Made by a program: the position numbers and the translations under genes
Assembly: GCA_043808155.1 (NCBI GenBank)
Contig: JAZDFD010000006.1
Location: forward strand, 1-44,176
Reading direction: 5' to 3'
DNA length: 44,176 nucleotides
Source of the DNA: Candidatus Iainarchaeum sp.
Lineage (GTDB): Archaea; Iainarchaeota; Iainarchaeia; Iainarchaeales; JAZDFD01
Shown here: positions 11,801 through 20,232 of the stretch, piece after piece
Numbering within the stretch: position 1 is the first letter of the stretch
Layout: every line of letters begins with the position of its first letter
The notes under the pieces: generated by a model
The model's database searches: none
The model's input: the letters and a program-made list of their open reading frames with translations, nothing else
Told to the model about the DNA's origin: nothing

Positions 11801-13051
11801 GACGATGTTATTAACTGGCTGAGAAGTGTGACTCAGTTTAAGGCATATTTAATGAAAGACGGATATAGTCAGGATTTCAGAGAAGACTTTGTTGAATACT
11901 ACACGCTTAATTCATTTATGGATGCACCAGCTGATTTCCATATAAGGTCTGGAGGAAACTGGGCGGATTACTTTGAAGATAATGAAAAACTGGAGATTAT
12001 GAGAAAAAACATAAACAATGGGAGTGGGAAATATACTTTGCAAAGTCCAGGGCTTTATGAAATTGATGTTGAGATTGACTTCGGAGATGACTGGACATTC
12101 TTTGAAAATGGACAACCAAAAGCAGATATTGACTTAATAATGCACAATATTGCAAAACCTTCGAGAGCGAGTCCGTTCTACAGCTTGCCATTGAATGGTA
12201 ATGTGGGATTAGATTCAGATAATGGACGGCAAGGATATGGTGTTAATTATGAAAATGCGAATGATGTGATTTCAATTGCAAGCGCAGGTTCTGGGAATGA
12301 ACTTATTTCAACAAGCGAAATTGAAAATCCAAATGCATTAGTAACTGTTAATACTGAAGTTAATGATAATTTCAAAACAATAAACAGTATTCCTGCAACA
12401 AGAGGGATTTTACTTTCATTAAATGAAAATAATCTTACATTTTCACCTAATTATGCAACACCTGTTCTTATGAAAGTGCACAGTGAAGTTACAAATAATC
12501 CATTCAGCGCAATTTATATTGTGAAGGAAAATGAAACTCCAAAAGATGTCGGAAGTATAATGACTTACTGGAACGGCGAAGGTCAGTGCCTTGACTTTTC
12601 GGGGGATTCTGTTTCAACTGCATTCAGAAACAGAGCTGACAGTGAAACAAACGCAGAAGATATTGTGGATATGTGGGAAGATGCGTATAAAATCTCATGG
12701 GTGAACGGAGTGGAAATTAAGGGGGATGTTTATCTGAAAAGTGTGTTCTATACACCTATTTCCAATGTCTATGAACTAACTGAAATCGGAGAAACAGATG
12801 TTTCATTTATCTCCCCAAACGGAGGACCAAACCCCACAATAGCACTTAGAGGGATTAGCGGAACTGCAAACAATGACCAGTCAGGAAATCAGAATGTGAG
12901 CTCAATTGCAGAACTATTTACAATGGTGAGCAATGAGGAAGTCTGCATTACAAACGATGATGGCATTGAAACTAAATTCTGGTGGAATCCAATACATATT
13001 GGCGAAGTAGAAGGCTATGCAAACGCAGGTATTACCTGTGTTCAGAATTAA
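5846..13051 (+). CDS. Giant (2401 aa) N-terminally membrane-anchored surface protein with tandem Ig-like domains
   Basis: N-terminal TM helix (FVLVIILFLALILGIILMM), repeated VENAKV/T-x-x-x-G beta-sandwich motifs, internal Gly-rich hydrophobic hairpin. Confidence 0.9.
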   Translation: MGIGQNIKDLYFSLEEKYYGVLDKIDTKIPIYKVINPIDKVFPSFVLVIILFLALILGIILMMIPPMGVQQFTDVTFRIENNSGNRLSGLEVYYNYGIEGTTVTTNNEGEFTIVQIPLDSILEINIVAGVVNGKEYNGVEKSYTVDEYFSGDTIILLEKSTGPTKVDIYITDMSGNRIIGKNIEVLLSCENSYVVPVPSIVRDTDNDGKISVDVPQNCGTMRATISATGYITEMFVLLSASRTVKLSAKEPSKGSLKVRVRDDSGILVEDADFVITLYDSADIYVNSKHTLDYGEVTFTELMPGTYSVIGYDTDSRYSTDSEDDIYIGSGSTEEVTLVVTGGPSGGFIGPDGKWHESIGILEVEVIDNLNGERIKNANVELRLTETDVLIEERNTGDDGEIVKFPITEDLGFTLVASHENYHYEIVEVSDLNKLVVIELEKITPENSGIVKIHVIDEDDIAVENAKVVLRFLDNGTLAPYNYKVTDNNGFVEFKGVKPGSYYAYATKYHSYGDNIEDGKEIDVKEITEFTVRIEIGDTDFSITAHDEDFELVEDTEAEFFTVFGESLGVIPLSDGTGTHKLKSDKEVYVVISHDDYIDVQTLTYDLWPDTVIDIDATLKPTYYGNPKIKLLGVFFDDFAVEMLEAGQIYEVVFEVTIPENADYDEFGIHLRAGDDEPFENTPVVIKRANTPNAVIIKGTKYTPPNGYAIDHAPENMVDEKDDGKWINIINENPKSRVYTYSVKIKVKPEIQEYTDMVLHYRAWFKDGDRYIRDPTDDVLGENANVKEKQALYANTYEKLYSEGRPPLCEQEFCYGNEEVLDLETDELYLIEPYLLKIYAEYELGFDLTNDSDTVYENAELYILAMEDGIGSDVLEIKGYEFTNADTMKFSESGIALNSIEKLPLGEFIKGKTVSMKSLVFEPKSLGSSEFEVRIISGGKIIYSHLIKFSVVSNQTMIIRLEPEVIPAYIPNQFIITVTAEENELPIEGAYITLTKTNPNHVDGDSFEAETNERGIAVILDQELSDPGTKIKVEAQKLGYWAEPVTAEISEDIISIEPEEVSASVTPDDGPTYVDFSFENKVGIDLKFSELSLTGNDEFGYFLELEGMKYYLEKWTVNDFITAMETDTFDSFLKIQFRDSSLNDLKKTENAKGILTITFTKKGVGGPWTFEVPVNVTISPAGMPDNEGCLQIVGPKTWDTFTEGSEAKMDFEIENHCIRNTKDIELDNIQAMVKWKGSRMGYVELTIEGNSNVLVDNTWTRAYGTIEGGDSLNALLRFIPNEGFEGETAQFTVFIDSAFGMGASDEKEMINNKAEFIESTVTIANLETCIKYLDKSEQEFTKLVIAKDDSDGAVEFKINIEECGATDVKFILCKGDSHCNGGAEGGIELTPNENQMFTVTSDYPNSEYITVERESIPGMYGIPVYATTPGGTTRKVALIDVEVEPETGEYFRLDKYELNLSEKGDYEAVDLVNEMYIENVTVHANYCSWKEAANNDKTMDWILKGASIGAVFGSSAAIITAMGIGAWAGPVGILLGGLIGLLFSLFGCHGCECKYKQGTLNDYVINLSGGDNEIAKFLDSDLIDDFNISWSTGNPKYGSEPEHASETVALVIEKTSDYEDVKPTYTTMQVSAKEHIHKDETHAIENPEEGSADVYCRNGNFGALNIGESAEEGSCDDISEKTHTQKFHMKINTSQYEEIVAPPTNAQKCSQGTLKGYTGANALPKTELNWSWNLNADACDYKEAGNENYIYCDATQFSIAFTKKMMQLEEFLAHNGQFSCPQNWMMIGLQNSLGDENDKTRRRSVTKDKIGLEEITETINGNTVDFIIKVTNKTSAQQTATVTLTVNDQGGGDKFSRTCEKGITLEKGKSGEVYCNIPNVPETEKMYIAYANIDSETTDNVENTEEGHLLGISFIIWPEQNECFVAKTTIPFDGTPTIEYFINKNNPKYGQYVIQESVQWRDFSVEGSQWETVQTNSQGTEDIQGMDDVINWLRSVTQFKAYLMKDGYSQDFREDFVEYYTLNSFMDAPADFHIRSGGNWADYFEDNEKLEIMRKNINNGSGKYTLQSPGLYEIDVEIDFGDDWTFFENGQPKADIDLIMHNIAKPSRASPFYSLPLNGNVGLDSDNGRQGYGVNYENANDVISIASAGSGNELISTSEIENPNALVTVNTEVNDNFKTINSIPATRGILLSLNENNLTFSPNYATPVLMKVHSEVTNNPFSAIYIVKENETPKDVGSIMTYWNGEGQCLDFSGDSVSTAFRNRADSETNAEDIVDMWEDAYKISWVNGVEIKGDVYLKSVFYTPISNVYELTEIGETDVSFISPNGGPNPTIALRGISGTANNDQSGNQNVSSIAELFTMVSNEEVCITNDDGIETKFWWNPIHIGEVEGYANAGITCVQN

Positions 13052-13085
13052 AAAAGTATTTAAACACTAAAAACCTATTTTAAGC

Positions 13086-13463
13086 ATGCTTCTGAATTAT
13101 GGACTGCCTGTGATTTTTTCATTAAGTGAATTCTTTGCAGACATGAATTTAGTGATAAAAATCTTTGCGCTTTTAACAATGGTTTCATTTGTGAAAAACA
13201 GACTCGGGACAAGTCCTTTGGCAATCATTTTAATGACAGGGCTGTTCTTTTTCATCTTCTTTGATTTTTGGAGATTGTTTGGGACTATTTATGTACTTTA
13301 TATGCTTTTGATGTTTGGAGTTAGCGGGATATTAATTGATTTTTTCTTTGTTAGTCAAATGGGCGGGGGCGGAATGCAAGGAACTCCAAGCAGTTCTGCA
13401 CTTAGCACAGGTGCGGATTTGGCAATGAGATCAAAAATGCTGCGGAGAATGAGGAGAGGTTAA
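13086..13463 (+). CDS. Small multi-pass membrane protein
   Basis: About 3 hydrophobic helices; KNRLG motif shared with the next two ORFs. Confidence 0.8.
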   Translation: MLLNYGLPVIFSLSEFFADMNLVIKIFALLTMVSFVKNRLGTSPLAIILMTGLFFFIFFDFWRLFGTIYVLYMLLMFGVSGILIDFFFVSQMGGGGMQGTPSSSALSTGADLAMRSKMLRRMRRG

Positions 13464-13464
13464 A

Positions 13465-13779
13465 ATGAATCAAAAAGGAGATGCACTTCCGTTTATTCTC
13501 ATAGGGCTTATCTGTTTAGCATTAGCTGTGCCTGTGATAATGTGGTTATTCCCTTATGCAAATATCCTGATGAGAATTATTCTTGTGTTTTTGATATTTA
13601 CTATTGTAAAAGGTTATTTGGGAGACGGTACACCAACATTGATAGTGTCAGCGATTTTGATTTATTTCCTTGCATTTAAATATGCATATATCGCGGCAAC
13701 AGCATATGTGCTTTACATCCTGATGGGGTTTTCATTTCTTTCAGTGATTGTATGGGGTATTGGAACCAGAATGCACTGA
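13465..13779 (+). CDS. Small multi-pass membrane protein, possible class III (pilin-type) signal peptide
   Basis: MNQKG|DA followed by a hydrophobic stretch; KGYLG motif; 1-nt spacing from the upstream gene. Confidence 0.8.
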   Translation: MNQKGDALPFILIGLICLALAVPVIMWLFPYANILMRIILVFLIFTIVKGYLGDGTPTLIVSAILIYFLAFKYAYIAATAYVLYILMGFSFLSVIVWGIGTRMH

Positions 13780-13815
13780 TAGAAAATGATTTAAATTATC
13801 AGAAACCTAATATTA

Positions 13816-14049
13816 GTGATTAGAATGGGACTTGAGAATGATATTATAACAGTGCTTTCATTATTCTATTTTGCATGGATTTTTAGCTGGGCAAAATCTA
13901 AATTTGGTTCTGCAAAATTAGCTGTGCTTTTCGCAGTAATTGTTGTTTATCTGACATTTTTCATGCACCCGGAGCTTGTGTGGATTCCAGTGATAATTTT
14001 CATTTTCGCAACTTTTGGAAAGGAGTTCTTCGAACAGGTAAAAATATAG
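13816..14049 (+). CDS. Small multi-pass membrane protein (start may be ATG 13825)
   Basis: About 3 TM helices; KSKFG motif. Confidence 0.75.
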   Translation: MIRMGLENDIITVLSLFYFAWIFSWAKSKFGSAKLAVLFAVIVVYLTFFMHPELVWIPVIIFIFATFGKEFFEQVKI

Positions 14050-14062
14050 TGGTAGTGATAAT

Positions 14063-14368
14063 ATGGATGAATTCAATTATTTACTTTCAATGTTTTTGAT
14101 TATTATTGCATTTCAGTTTGAGATACCCTGGCTTGTTTTCTTAATTGTTGCAGCAATGATTATTTCATTAAAGAGTTTTTCCGCAACTTTTTTGCTGATA
14201 ATGACAGTTATTGTTGTTTATGTTGTAAAATCATCTGACCTTTCAGTTTACTGGATTCCTGCAATGGTTGGTTTGACTTTGTTTTCAATGTTACTGGGTG
14301 CAGGAAAACAAGCACAGGCACCAGATATGTATTCACCTTATGCAGGATTGATGGACGGATTGAGATGA
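14063..14368 (+). CDS. Small multi-pass membrane protein
   Basis: Almost entirely hydrophobic; GTGA SD-like site; ATGA overlap with the next gene. Confidence 0.8.
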   Translation: MDEFNYLLSMFLIIIAFQFEIPWLVFLIVAAMIISLKSFSATFLLIMTVIVVYVVKSSDLSVYWIPAMVGLTLFSMLLGAGKQAQAPDMYSPYAGLMDGLR

Positions 14369-14739
14369 AAGGAATTCATGTGCTTATCCTGTTTGCACTT
14401 GCAACTTTTTTTCTTTTTTATAACCATTACTGGCTGTTTATGCTTTTTTTTGCAGGCGGGTTGGCAATTATTCTGGCTAACGTGATTAATAAATCAGGAC
14501 AGGCAGGGCTTACATTTGGAAAAGAAATGGCAGACAGTATTAGTAATGATATGGAAAAGGCAGATTCCTCTGTTAATATGAAGGAAGTTACAGAACACAG
14601 TTTAAAACATGCAGGGAAAAGAGCAGGGCAGCTTGCAGCATCGAGTGATGATACAAGGTTTAGTTCACACAATTTGGGTCAGAGAATACACAGAGGCGCA
14701 AAAGACACAATCAAATGGTTTTTTGATTTGTTCAATTAG
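14365..14739 (+). CDS. Membrane protein with N-terminal TM hairpin and soluble tail
   Basis: Hydrophobic first ~40 aa; overlaps the upstream stop. Confidence 0.8.
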   Translation: MKGIHVLILFALATFFLFYNHYWLFMLFFAGGLAIILANVINKSGQAGLTFGKEMADSISNDMEKADSSVNMKEVTEHSLKHAGKRAGQLAASSDDTRFSSHNLGQRIHRGAKDTIKWFFDLFN

Positions 14740-14760
14740 AAAATTAATTATTTCTTTAAA

Positions 14761-15318
14761 TTACTTCTTTAAGTTTGTTAAGATTTCTCTGTCAGTATCA
14801 AGGATTTTTTCCATAATACTTTTTGTTGCAGCACTCATTGCTTTAATATCTGAAAGTTCCTTTTCAAAGGTTGAAATTCTCTGGGCCAGATATTTAATTT
14901 CAATAAGCATAGAATCCCCATCAGGAACAGAAAACGAATCTACTTTTGCATGGAGATTATTAACAGAACTGTGGACTTCATCCAATTTATTTTGATGTTC
15001 AGTTAAAGTAGCATGCGTTGTTGTTTCTTTTAATTCATCTGCATCTGCTTTTTCAGCAATGTGTCCTCTCACTTTTTCAGCTGTGCGTGTTGCGATTCTT
15101 TCAACATCATCATCTTCAGGAACGGATTCAGCTACAACTATTTTTGGGACTTGTCTTGGTGCGGTTGGTTTGGGGCTGGTTACTTCACTCATATAAGACG
15201 AAATTTCTGAATCTGAAAGGCCGATGTTCTTCAAAGTGTTCTCAATAACTGATGGATCAATCCCTGAATCATACATTTTCTTTATTGTTTCAAGGACTAC
15301 TTCACGCTTTACCATCAC
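14761..15318 (-). CDS. Hypothetical protein, small N-terminal helical domain plus coiled coil
   Basis: Long ORF with heptad-like C-terminal half. Confidence 0.8.
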   Translation of the reverse strand: MMVKREVVLETIKKMYDSGIDPSVIENTLKNIGLSDSEISSYMSEVTSPKPTAPRQVPKIVVAESVPEDDDVERIATRTAEKVRGHIAEKADADELKETTTHATLTEHQNKLDEVHSSVNNLHAKVDSFSVPDGDSMLIEIKYLAQRISTFEKELSDIKAMSAATKSIMEKILDTDREILTNLKK

Positions 15319-15405
15319 ATCTCACGCCATGTTTTTATAGTACTTTACATATATATAACTTTAGATATATATACTAAACGGATTAAGTGGATTTAGGGTT
15401 TTATA

Positions 15406-16914
15406 ATGGAATTTAAGCTCAGCGAGGGGCCTTGGAAAGAAATTTTCACAGGCAGATTTAACGAATACGAAGTTGAAATATTCACAAATCCCGATGGGCT
15501 AGTTTTAGTTGCGATTTATGAACGAGAAGGCACGAATAAGACTGGTGTTGTTCTTGAACTGTATAAAATCTTTTATTCAATCGGAGACGTGGATGATTTT
15601 GTTGAGACTCTTCCACGCGAAGTTATTGCTTTAACAAAGCATGATGAAAAAGTAACTCAAAAATTTTTCCTTTTGGGTTCCACGCCCACTTATGTCAAAT
15701 ATGAAGAAGATGAGATTATCAAAGAAGTCGACAGACTTATAAGAAAACTTCAGACATCTGCAAAAATGATAAAGGATGTTTCAAAAGCATATGATATTAC
15801 ATTCAAGGAACTTTCAGAATGTGATGAAGGAATCAAAGATGCATTCTTTTCTCAGCCATTACTGATACCTATTGTGTCAACATCTTCACATAGTGTTACT
15901 ACTGCATCAAAAACAGAATTAAGTGAATTTTCAGGCGAAGCAATACTTGGAATAACAAAAGACGGCACTATTGTCAAGGAACCAATTTCACTTTTCAAAA
16001 AAACAATAATCACAGACGGAGAAAGTGACGACAGACTTCATCTGATGAGAATACTTGCAGAAAGTTATTTGATTTCAAACACTGCGACAGTTATATTTGA
16101 TTGGGGCGCATCATTTTCAGGTTTGAGCTCACCAACAAAAAAAAGAGACGAATTGAAGAAATACAAAGTGGGAATTGAACCAATTGGTTTTCCTGTAAAA
16201 GAGTTTTCAGTTCCAAGCAATGTTAAAGTTGATCTGCATACTCTTGATAGTCATGGATTAATGGAATTATTTGCAGCAGGAGAAGGTATTGTTTCAGACA
16301 CAATAATGCACGTGATTGATGAACGTAAATTCAAATCACTTAAAGAAATTGTTGACAGAATTAAAGAAGTAAACTGTGAAGGTGATTTCAGCGAATTCCA
16401 GAAATTGAGAGCTGTGAGGTTATTACGTTTGATTGATTTAAGATATCCTGAATTATTTGACGGAGAAAATGATGTTGCGGAAATTTCAAAAAACTGGTTT
16501 CGCGGAATTGGCAGAGCAGGAATTGTAAAACTTTCTGACATAGATGAAAGAGCATCATTGATTATTGTTCAGAGTCTTTTAAAGGGCATTTTGGAATATT
16601 ATAAAAAAGAAGGTCCAACTAAAGGAATAAAATCAGTAATTGTTATTCCCGAGGCAGACAAAATTATTAATTCACAAAATGAAAACAGTATGTCAAAAAA
16701 CATTGCAAATGATTTAGATGAATTAGGTAAATATGGTGTAGCTTATGTTTTGGGTGCACATAAAAATTCAGATTTAACAAGAAAAATTATTGGTTCTGCA
16801 GAAGCAAAGCTTTCCATAATCAGAGAGAATGATGTGGGTGTTGAATTAAAAGACAGAAAACAATACCGTGTTTTAGTAAGGCCAAGTTTGAGTGAGAGCT
16901 CTGAGACTAAATAA
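15406..16914 (+). CDS. Degenerate HerA/FtsK/VirB4-like (DUF87-type) P-loop protein
   Basis: ILG-x-TKDG pre-Walker strand, VIFDW and VIVIPEAD (Walker B-like). Walker A position reads DGESDDRL, with no GKS/T. Confidence 0.65.
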   Translation: MEFKLSEGPWKEIFTGRFNEYEVEIFTNPDGLVLVAIYEREGTNKTGVVLELYKIFYSIGDVDDFVETLPREVIALTKHDEKVTQKFFLLGSTPTYVKYEEDEIIKEVDRLIRKLQTSAKMIKDVSKAYDITFKELSECDEGIKDAFFSQPLLIPIVSTSSHSVTTASKTELSEFSGEAILGITKDGTIVKEPISLFKKTIITDGESDDRLHLMRILAESYLISNTATVIFDWGASFSGLSSPTKKRDELKKYKVGIEPIGFPVKEFSVPSNVKVDLHTLDSHGLMELFAAGEGIVSDTIMHVIDERKFKSLKEIVDRIKEVNCEGDFSEFQKLRAVRLLRLIDLRYPELFDGENDVAEISKNWFRGIGRAGIVKLSDIDERASLIIVQSLLKGILEYYKKEGPTKGIKSVIVIPEADKIINSQNENSMSKNIANDLDELGKYGVAYVLGAHKNSDLTRKIIGSAEAKLSIIRENDVGVELKDRKQYRVLVRPSLSESSETK

Positions 16915-16956
16915 TTGTTTTTCCTATTGTTTAGTAAAAGTTATGGGACTAAGTAA

Positions 16957-17418
16957 TTATTTTCTTCCTATTTTTTCATTAATTAGTTTGTTTACCTGAT
17001 CAAGAGTTACAAATTCCAAAGGATTAATGCTGTCAATCACATACTTTAATTCTTGGAGCTGTTCTGACATTGCATAAGTTTCCCGGATTTCTGAGAGTTG
17101 TGCTTCAATTAGTGCTAAGCGTTCATTCATTTTTTTGAGGGTTTCATTTATTCCTGCCATGTCTTCTGAGCTCATTCCGCCAAGCGTACCTGACTCCATT
17201 TTTTCATCAATGCGTTTTAGTTTTTTATTAAGAACAATGAGGTTTCTTCCGAGGATTTTTTCATTTCTTACAAGGTATTTCATTTTCTGAGAAATGAGCA
17301 TAATACTGGAGTTAAGTGCTTTAATGTCTGAACTTGTACCAGAACCCATTGGTTTGTCTTTCTCTGATGATCTTGAGACCTTTTGAGGTTCTCGTGAAGC
17401 ACGTGCGTGTCTTACCAT
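16957..17418 (-). CDS. Hypothetical coiled-coil protein
   Basis: Heptad pattern; conserved-looking segments KILGRNLIVLNKKL and INPLEFVT. Confidence 0.8.
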   Translation of the reverse strand: MVRHARASREPQKVSRSSEKDKPMGSGTSSDIKALNSSIMLISQKMKYLVRNEKILGRNLIVLNKKLKRIDEKMESGTLGGMSSEDMAGINETLKKMNERLALIEAQLSEIRETYAMSEQLQELKYVIDSINPLEFVTLDQVNKLINEKIGRK

Positions 17419-17464
17419 TTAAATCCCCGTTATTAATAAAATATTGGTACTTAAAAAGATATGT

Positions 17465-19864
17465 ATGGTAGTGAAAACAACAAAAGCTCTGCTGCTTGAT
17501 GCAGATTACATTAATGAGGACGGAAAATCAATTATCCGGCTTTTTGTGAGAAATAAGGATAGGCTTGAGATTTTCAAGGATGCTGAATTTCACCCGTATT
17601 TTTATGCAGTTGTAAATGATGCTAAAAAAGCAGTGAACGAAATTAAAGAAATGGTTTTTGGTGAAAACAGCAAAGTAAGAGATGCAAAAATTATTGAAAA
17701 GAAATCAGGCAATACAATTAAAGTTTCATTCAATCTTGTTCAGGAACTTATACATGCAAGAGAAAAGATAACAGAGCTGTCTTCAGTTATTGAGAAACAT
17801 GAGTATGACATTCCTTTTGCAGAGCGTTATTTGATTGATAAAATGCTTGAACCAATGAATGGGATTGAGATAAAATCAGAAAATGGTTTGATTAAAAGTG
17901 TAAAAAGCTTCGATTCTGATTTTGATTTTAAGTTAGGAGCATTTGATTTGGAAACATATTCCAAAGGAAGATTTTCAGACCCAAAGAAAGACAGAATTCT
18001 GATGGCATCATATGCTGACGGAAAAGATGATGTTGTTTTCACAGATAAAAAAGCCATGAGCAAAATAAAATATGTGAAAGTTTTTGAATCTGAAAAACAA
18101 ATGATTGAGAAATTAATTGAAAAAATAAAAAAAGAAAATCTTGATTTGCTTGTTACTTACAATGGTGATTCTTTTGATATACCTTACCTTACTGAACGTG
18201 CGCATTTATTTAAGTTGAAGGCAGACTTAGGTTCGGATGGTTCGGAACCAAAAGAAAAAAGAATGGGAATGAATAATGCAGTTCAGCTTAGAGGAGTTCA
18301 ACATTTTGACGCATATAGATTGATGCGCATGCTTGGGAGATTTGCTGTTGTTGATTTGATAAAATATGATTTGGAATCAGTGAATCAGAAAATTTTTGGA
18401 GAGGCTAAAGAAAAAATAACTGCAGAAAACATAACAAAATTCTGGGATACTGAAAAAGAACTTAAAAGACTTGCAGATTATAATTTAGAAGATTCGAAAG
18501 TCACACTAAAACTTGCTAAAGAATATCTTCCTTTGATTATTGAGATTTGCAAATTAGTTAAGCTTCCTGTGTTCATGGTTAACAGAAGTTCTGCCTCAAC
18601 ACTTGTTGAAAGACTGCTGTTGAATAAATGTTTTGAAACTGAAACATTAGTTCCAAACAGACCTGAAGGCGGAGTTGTAAATCAAAGATTAATGCAGAGT
18701 TATTCTGGCGGATTTGTAAGGGAGCCGAGAAGAGGACTACATGAAAATATTGCAGTTCTGGATTTTTCATCACTTCATCCCACAATAATTATTTCACACA
18801 ATATAAGTCCTGAAACATTGAATTGTGAGCATAAAGAATGCAAAAAAAATGAATCTCCGACAGGGCAGTGCTTCTGCACTAAGAAAGAGGGTTTTCTTTC
18901 AAGCATACTGCAGGATTTATTTAACAGAAGAATGGAAATTAAAAAGAAACTCAAAACAATTGATAAAAAAGACAAGAAATACAATATTCTTAATGCAAGA
19001 CAGCTTGCACTAAAAATTATTCTGAATTCTTTTTATGGTTATCTTGGTTATGCAAGAAGCAGGTGGTACTCGCGTGAATGTGCACAGGCAGTAACTTCAT
19101 GGTCACAGCATTATGTTAAATGGGTTGGGAATGAAGCAGACAAAGAAGGATTTGAAACAATCTATGCTGATACTGATTCTGCATTTTTGTTAATTAAAGA
19201 TAAAACACAAAAAGATGTAACTGAGTTTGTTAAAAAAATAAATACAAAACTTCCAGGGATTATGAATCTTGATTTGCAGGGTTTTTATAAAAGAGGGCTT
19301 TTTGTTACAAAGCGTGAAGGTACGGGCGCAGCAAAGAAAAGATATGCATTAATTGATGAAAAAGATAATCTGAAAATTGTTGGTTTTGAGTATGTCAGGC
19401 GTGACTGGTCGGGAATTGCAAAAGAAACACAGAAGAGTGTTATTGAAGCAGTTTTGAAAGAAGGTAAACCTGAAAGAGCTGTGAAAATTGTAAGAGATGT
19501 TGTTGACAGATTGAAGAAGGGAAAAGTTCCAAACAAGGAACTTTTGATTTATACTCAGATTAAAAGACCTCTTGCAAAATATGATGCAATTGGCCCGCAT
19601 GTTGCAGCAGCAAGAAAAGCAATTGCGCGCGGCAAAACAATTGATGTTGGTTCTGTGATTGAATATGTGATTACTAAATCAGGAAAGAGTATTTCAGATA
19701 AAGCAGAGCTTGTTGAATTTGTGAAAGAAGGAAATTATGATGCAGATTATTATATTGGTCATCAGGTGATTCCCGCAGTTATAAGAATTCTTGCTGAACT
19801 TGGTTATAATGAACAGGATTTAATTCAGGGCGGTAAACAACATACTTTAAACAGTTTTTGCTGA
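17465..19864 (+). CDS. polB: Family B DNA polymerase (archaeal PolB), no intein
   Basis: Exo motifs FDLET, YNGDSFD, YNLED; polymerase motifs DFSSLHPTII, KIILNSFYGY, YADTDS. ATG at 17465 is more likely than TTG at 17444. Confidence 0.97.
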   Translation: MVVKTTKALLLDADYINEDGKSIIRLFVRNKDRLEIFKDAEFHPYFYAVVNDAKKAVNEIKEMVFGENSKVRDAKIIEKKSGNTIKVSFNLVQELIHAREKITELSSVIEKHEYDIPFAERYLIDKMLEPMNGIEIKSENGLIKSVKSFDSDFDFKLGAFDLETYSKGRFSDPKKDRILMASYADGKDDVVFTDKKAMSKIKYVKVFESEKQMIEKLIEKIKKENLDLLVTYNGDSFDIPYLTERAHLFKLKADLGSDGSEPKEKRMGMNNAVQLRGVQHFDAYRLMRMLGRFAVVDLIKYDLESVNQKIFGEAKEKITAENITKFWDTEKELKRLADYNLEDSKVTLKLAKEYLPLIIEICKLVKLPVFMVNRSSASTLVERLLLNKCFETETLVPNRPEGGVVNQRLMQSYSGGFVREPRRGLHENIAVLDFSSLHPTIIISHNISPETLNCEHKECKKNESPTGQCFCTKKEGFLSSILQDLFNRRMEIKKKLKTIDKKDKKYNILNARQLALKIILNSFYGYLGYARSRWYSRECAQAVTSWSQHYVKWVGNEADKEGFETIYADTDSAFLLIKDKTQKDVTEFVKKINTKLPGIMNLDLQGFYKRGLFVTKREGTGAAKKRYALIDEKDNLKIVGFEYVRRDWSGIAKETQKSVIEAVLKEGKPERAVKIVRDVVDRLKKGKVPNKELLIYTQIKRPLAKYDAIGPHVAAARKAIARGKTIDVGSVIEYVITKSGKSISDKAELVEFVKEGNYDADYYIGHQVIPAVIRILAELGYNEQDLIQGGKQHTLNSFC

Positions 19865-19876
19865 TGTGATTTTTTT

Positions 19877-20185
19877 ATGGTTTATAATCAAGAAAAAGAT
19901 GAAACAGATGCAGTAAAAAGATTTGAGTTATTAATAGGGCTTATTGAAAAGGATAGTCTAAAAGAAAGCCATCTTGAAATAGAAAAAAGTTTAGCAGGTG
20001 CTCCTTTCAAAAGGATTTATGATGAACTTATTGAAAAATTTAAAACTAGTGGATTAACACACAGAGATTTAGTAATAGCCAAGAGTCAGACTGCAATTGT
20101 TGCAGCACAAAGAAGAGTGACAAGGGAAAAATTAGAAAAGCATAGTAATGTGCCACCTAATAAAAAGCAAAGAAGATTTAGGTAA
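19877..20185 (+). CDS. Small orphan protein with basic C-terminus
   Basis: ORF with GTGA SD-like site; ends KKQRRFR. Confidence 0.65.
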   Translation: MVYNQEKDETDAVKRFELLIGLIEKDSLKESHLEIEKSLAGAPFKRIYDELIEKFKTSGLTHRDLVIAKSQTAIVAAQRRVTREKLEKHSNVPPNKKQRRFR

Positions 20186-20232
20186 TTAAGAGTATAGATT
20201 AATTATACATAACAAGATTTGGAGCTGAAAAT

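Noticed and set aside
513-12191. Numerous short antisense or alternate-frame ORFs inside the giant genes (and similarly inside polB, hisS, rSAM, cysK)
   Set aside because: Shadows of long, well-supported CDSs with no recognisable motifs.
17465-19864. Intein in PolB or inactive polymerase (SLHP instead of SLYP)
   Set aside because: Length is normal, and all catalytic Asp residues and exonuclease motifs are present.
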